16,606 nt of DNA from Planctomycetota bacterium (GTDB lineage: Bacteria; Planctomycetota; GCA-002687715; DRQF01). This document shows positions 15,383-16,606 of the stretch, piece after piece. Positions within the stretch are counted from its first letter, which is position 1. Each line of letters opens with the position of its first letter. The stretch is taken from assembly GCA_036479435.1 (NCBI GenBank), contig JAZGFI010000215.1, forward strand, positions 1 to 16,606. The letters run 5' to 3'. The notes under the pieces were generated by a model that made no database searches, was not told the origin of the DNA, and worked only from the letters and a program-made list of their open reading frames with translations. A program made the position numbers and the translations under genes.

Positions 15383-16606
15383 TTAGCGCCGTTTCGGCTT
15401 GAAATCCAGAAGGAAGGCCAGGGCAATCGCGAGGCGAGCATCGGTCATGTAACGCGACCTGAAGAATTCCCGGTCTCCAGTCAATCTCACTCGGAGGGGC
15501 TCGCTTCGGCTGATGTGCGAGTTCATCGCGGTCGCGAGAATTCCGTTGAAAGCACGCCACGAACGGTCGTCCAATCGATCGCAAATCCAAGCCGACATGA
15601 TTGCGTGCTCGCTGTCAAAGTAGTTTGATGCAACAGCCGTCGGTGGCGGTAAGTCCAAGAGCCGCTGTAGTTGTAGCTCGAGTACGCCTTTTTTCGGGTT
15701 CTCTCCAAGCGCGATCCGATAGGCCGCTGCGTAAGCCGTGTGGCTTTCTGGATGAAAACCGAGTGTTATCCGGTGCATGGCTTCACCATCGATTCGAGAA
15801 AAATCAAATTTCGCCGGATGGACCGCCCAGAATCCGGTCCCCGCATCCGTGCGAGGGTTCATCCAAGCCGCGTCACCTGGAATCATGAAACCACTGAGCG
15901 GAAACAGATCTTGATCGGCGGCTTCTCGAAGGGTGATCGCCATCACCGTTGAGGTCACCAAATCCGGCGTAAGTTGACCGACCGTCTCGGGCCAACCACC
16001 ACTCTTAAGGTGCGTCTTAACGACCTCCTCCAAAAGCGAAGGCAATAGGTCTGCCAGTTCGTCGACGTCCACAAGCTGTGCGATCTTCACGAGTGAAAAA
16101 CAGAGCCATGCGTGCCGGCGCAGTGAACCACCGTCAGAAAGACCCTTCAATGCCGCCGACTCGATCACGGACAACAGACACTTTCGAACCAAGGAGTGTT
16201 CAACCGCCTCCGCGTCCATCTGCTCATGGAGGGCTAAGGCCGCCAGCATGAGCGCGGATCCCGAGACGGCATCGTGCCCCTTTCTCGCCGACTTTCTTTC
16301 ATCAAACCAAAGAAGATCATCGTGAGCTTGGCCCGGCCATTTTTTGACGAGGCTCACTATCGTCGGCTTGAGCGCCCTCGGGGACACCGTCGCGACCCGC
16401 ATGCGCCGGCTTAGGCGAAAAGGACGCCGAAGAGAACGACTATTGTTCAATCCGACTTGGGTGATGCCCGCCTCCCGCGCTGTCAGCAGCCAACTTAGTC
16501 GAGGGCAATTCGGCGATTTATCGCCACGCTCTTTGAGGCTCATTGGATTCTGAGCCTCATTCATCCTGGTGTTCGGCATCCGAGCCATGCCTTCGAAAAC
16601 CTCGGG
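15383..16606 (-). CDS. Partial hypothetical protein with a degenerate prenyltransferase/squalene-oxidase-repeat (alpha/alpha toroid)-like C-terminal region
   Basis: The frame stays open from 16588 to the window edge (PEVFEG-M), so the start probably lies outside. Helical segments DAVSGSALMLAAL, RHAWLCFSL, SGGW...DLVTSTVMAITL.EA, ESHTAYAAAYRIALGENP and W.AFN resemble planctomycete prenyltransferase-repeat proteins. Confidence 0.5.
   Translation of the reverse strand, partial: PEVFEGMARMPNTRMNEAQNPMSLKERGDKSPNCPRLSWLLTAREAGITQVGLNNSRSLRRPFRLSRRMRVATVSPRALKPTIVSLVKKWPGQAHDDLLWFDERKSARKGHDAVSGSALMLAALALHEQMDAEAVEHSLVRKCLLSVIESAALKGLSDGGSLRRHAWLCFSLVKIAQLVDVDELADLLPSLLEEVVKTHLKSGGWPETVGQLTPDLVTSTVMAITLREAADQDLFPLSGFMIPGDAAWMNPRTDAGTGFWAVHPAKFDFSRIDGEAMHRITLGFHPESHTAYAAAYRIALGENPKKGVLELQLQRLLDLPPPTAVASNYFDSEHAIMSAWICDRLDDRSWRAFNGILATAMNSHISRSEPLRVRLTGDREFFRSRYMTDARLAIALAFLLDFKPKRR

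Noticed and set aside
14755..15628. ORFs 14755-15441 (-) and 14858-15628 (+)
   Set aside because: They overlap the clearly identifiable S41 peptidase gene and have the Ser/Pro/Arg-rich or antisense composition typical of spurious frames.
15383..16588. Functional squalene-hopene cyclase
   Set aside because: No DxDD catalytic motif or canonical QW repeats in the visible portion.
1..16606. CRISPR array, rRNA or tRNA genes
   Set aside because: No regularly spaced repeats or RNA-gene signatures were seen, and nearly all of the sequence is explained by protein-coding genes.

Overview
GC-rich bacterial accessory region. The gene content (membrane-tethered ECF sigma with a long C-terminal extension, prenyltransferase-repeat-like protein, FG-GAP protein, IS1380-type transposase N-terminus) suggests Planctomycetota; this is inference only. 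From left to right it contains: the left end of a probable IS1380-family element that appears to truncate a SacI-family restriction endonuclease gene; an exported S9 peptidase; an RluA-family pseudouridine synthase; three secreted proteins (FlgD-Ig-like, tandem beta-helix, 7-blade FG-GAP); a MORN/YwqK-like exported protein that may be degenerate; a pyridoxamine 5'-phosphate oxidase-family protein; a 986-aa ECF sigma/transmembrane/periplasmic fusion; a divergent S41 peptidase lipoprotein; and a partial alpha/alpha-toroid-like gene. Two signals stand out. (1) The same ECF-type motif, GGGAAC-N12-GGCGACGA, lies upstream of both the tethered ECF sigma gene and the FG-GAP gene, beside a divergent S41 protease, which suggests a self-contained proteolysis-activated signalling module. 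(2) Three otherwise unrelated secreted proteins end in the same motif, [ST]NAxx[LV]T[IFM], and start with Gln after the predicted signal cleavage, which suggests an uncharacterised C-terminal sorting/secretion signal. All family calls are from recognising motifs by eye; no searches were run.
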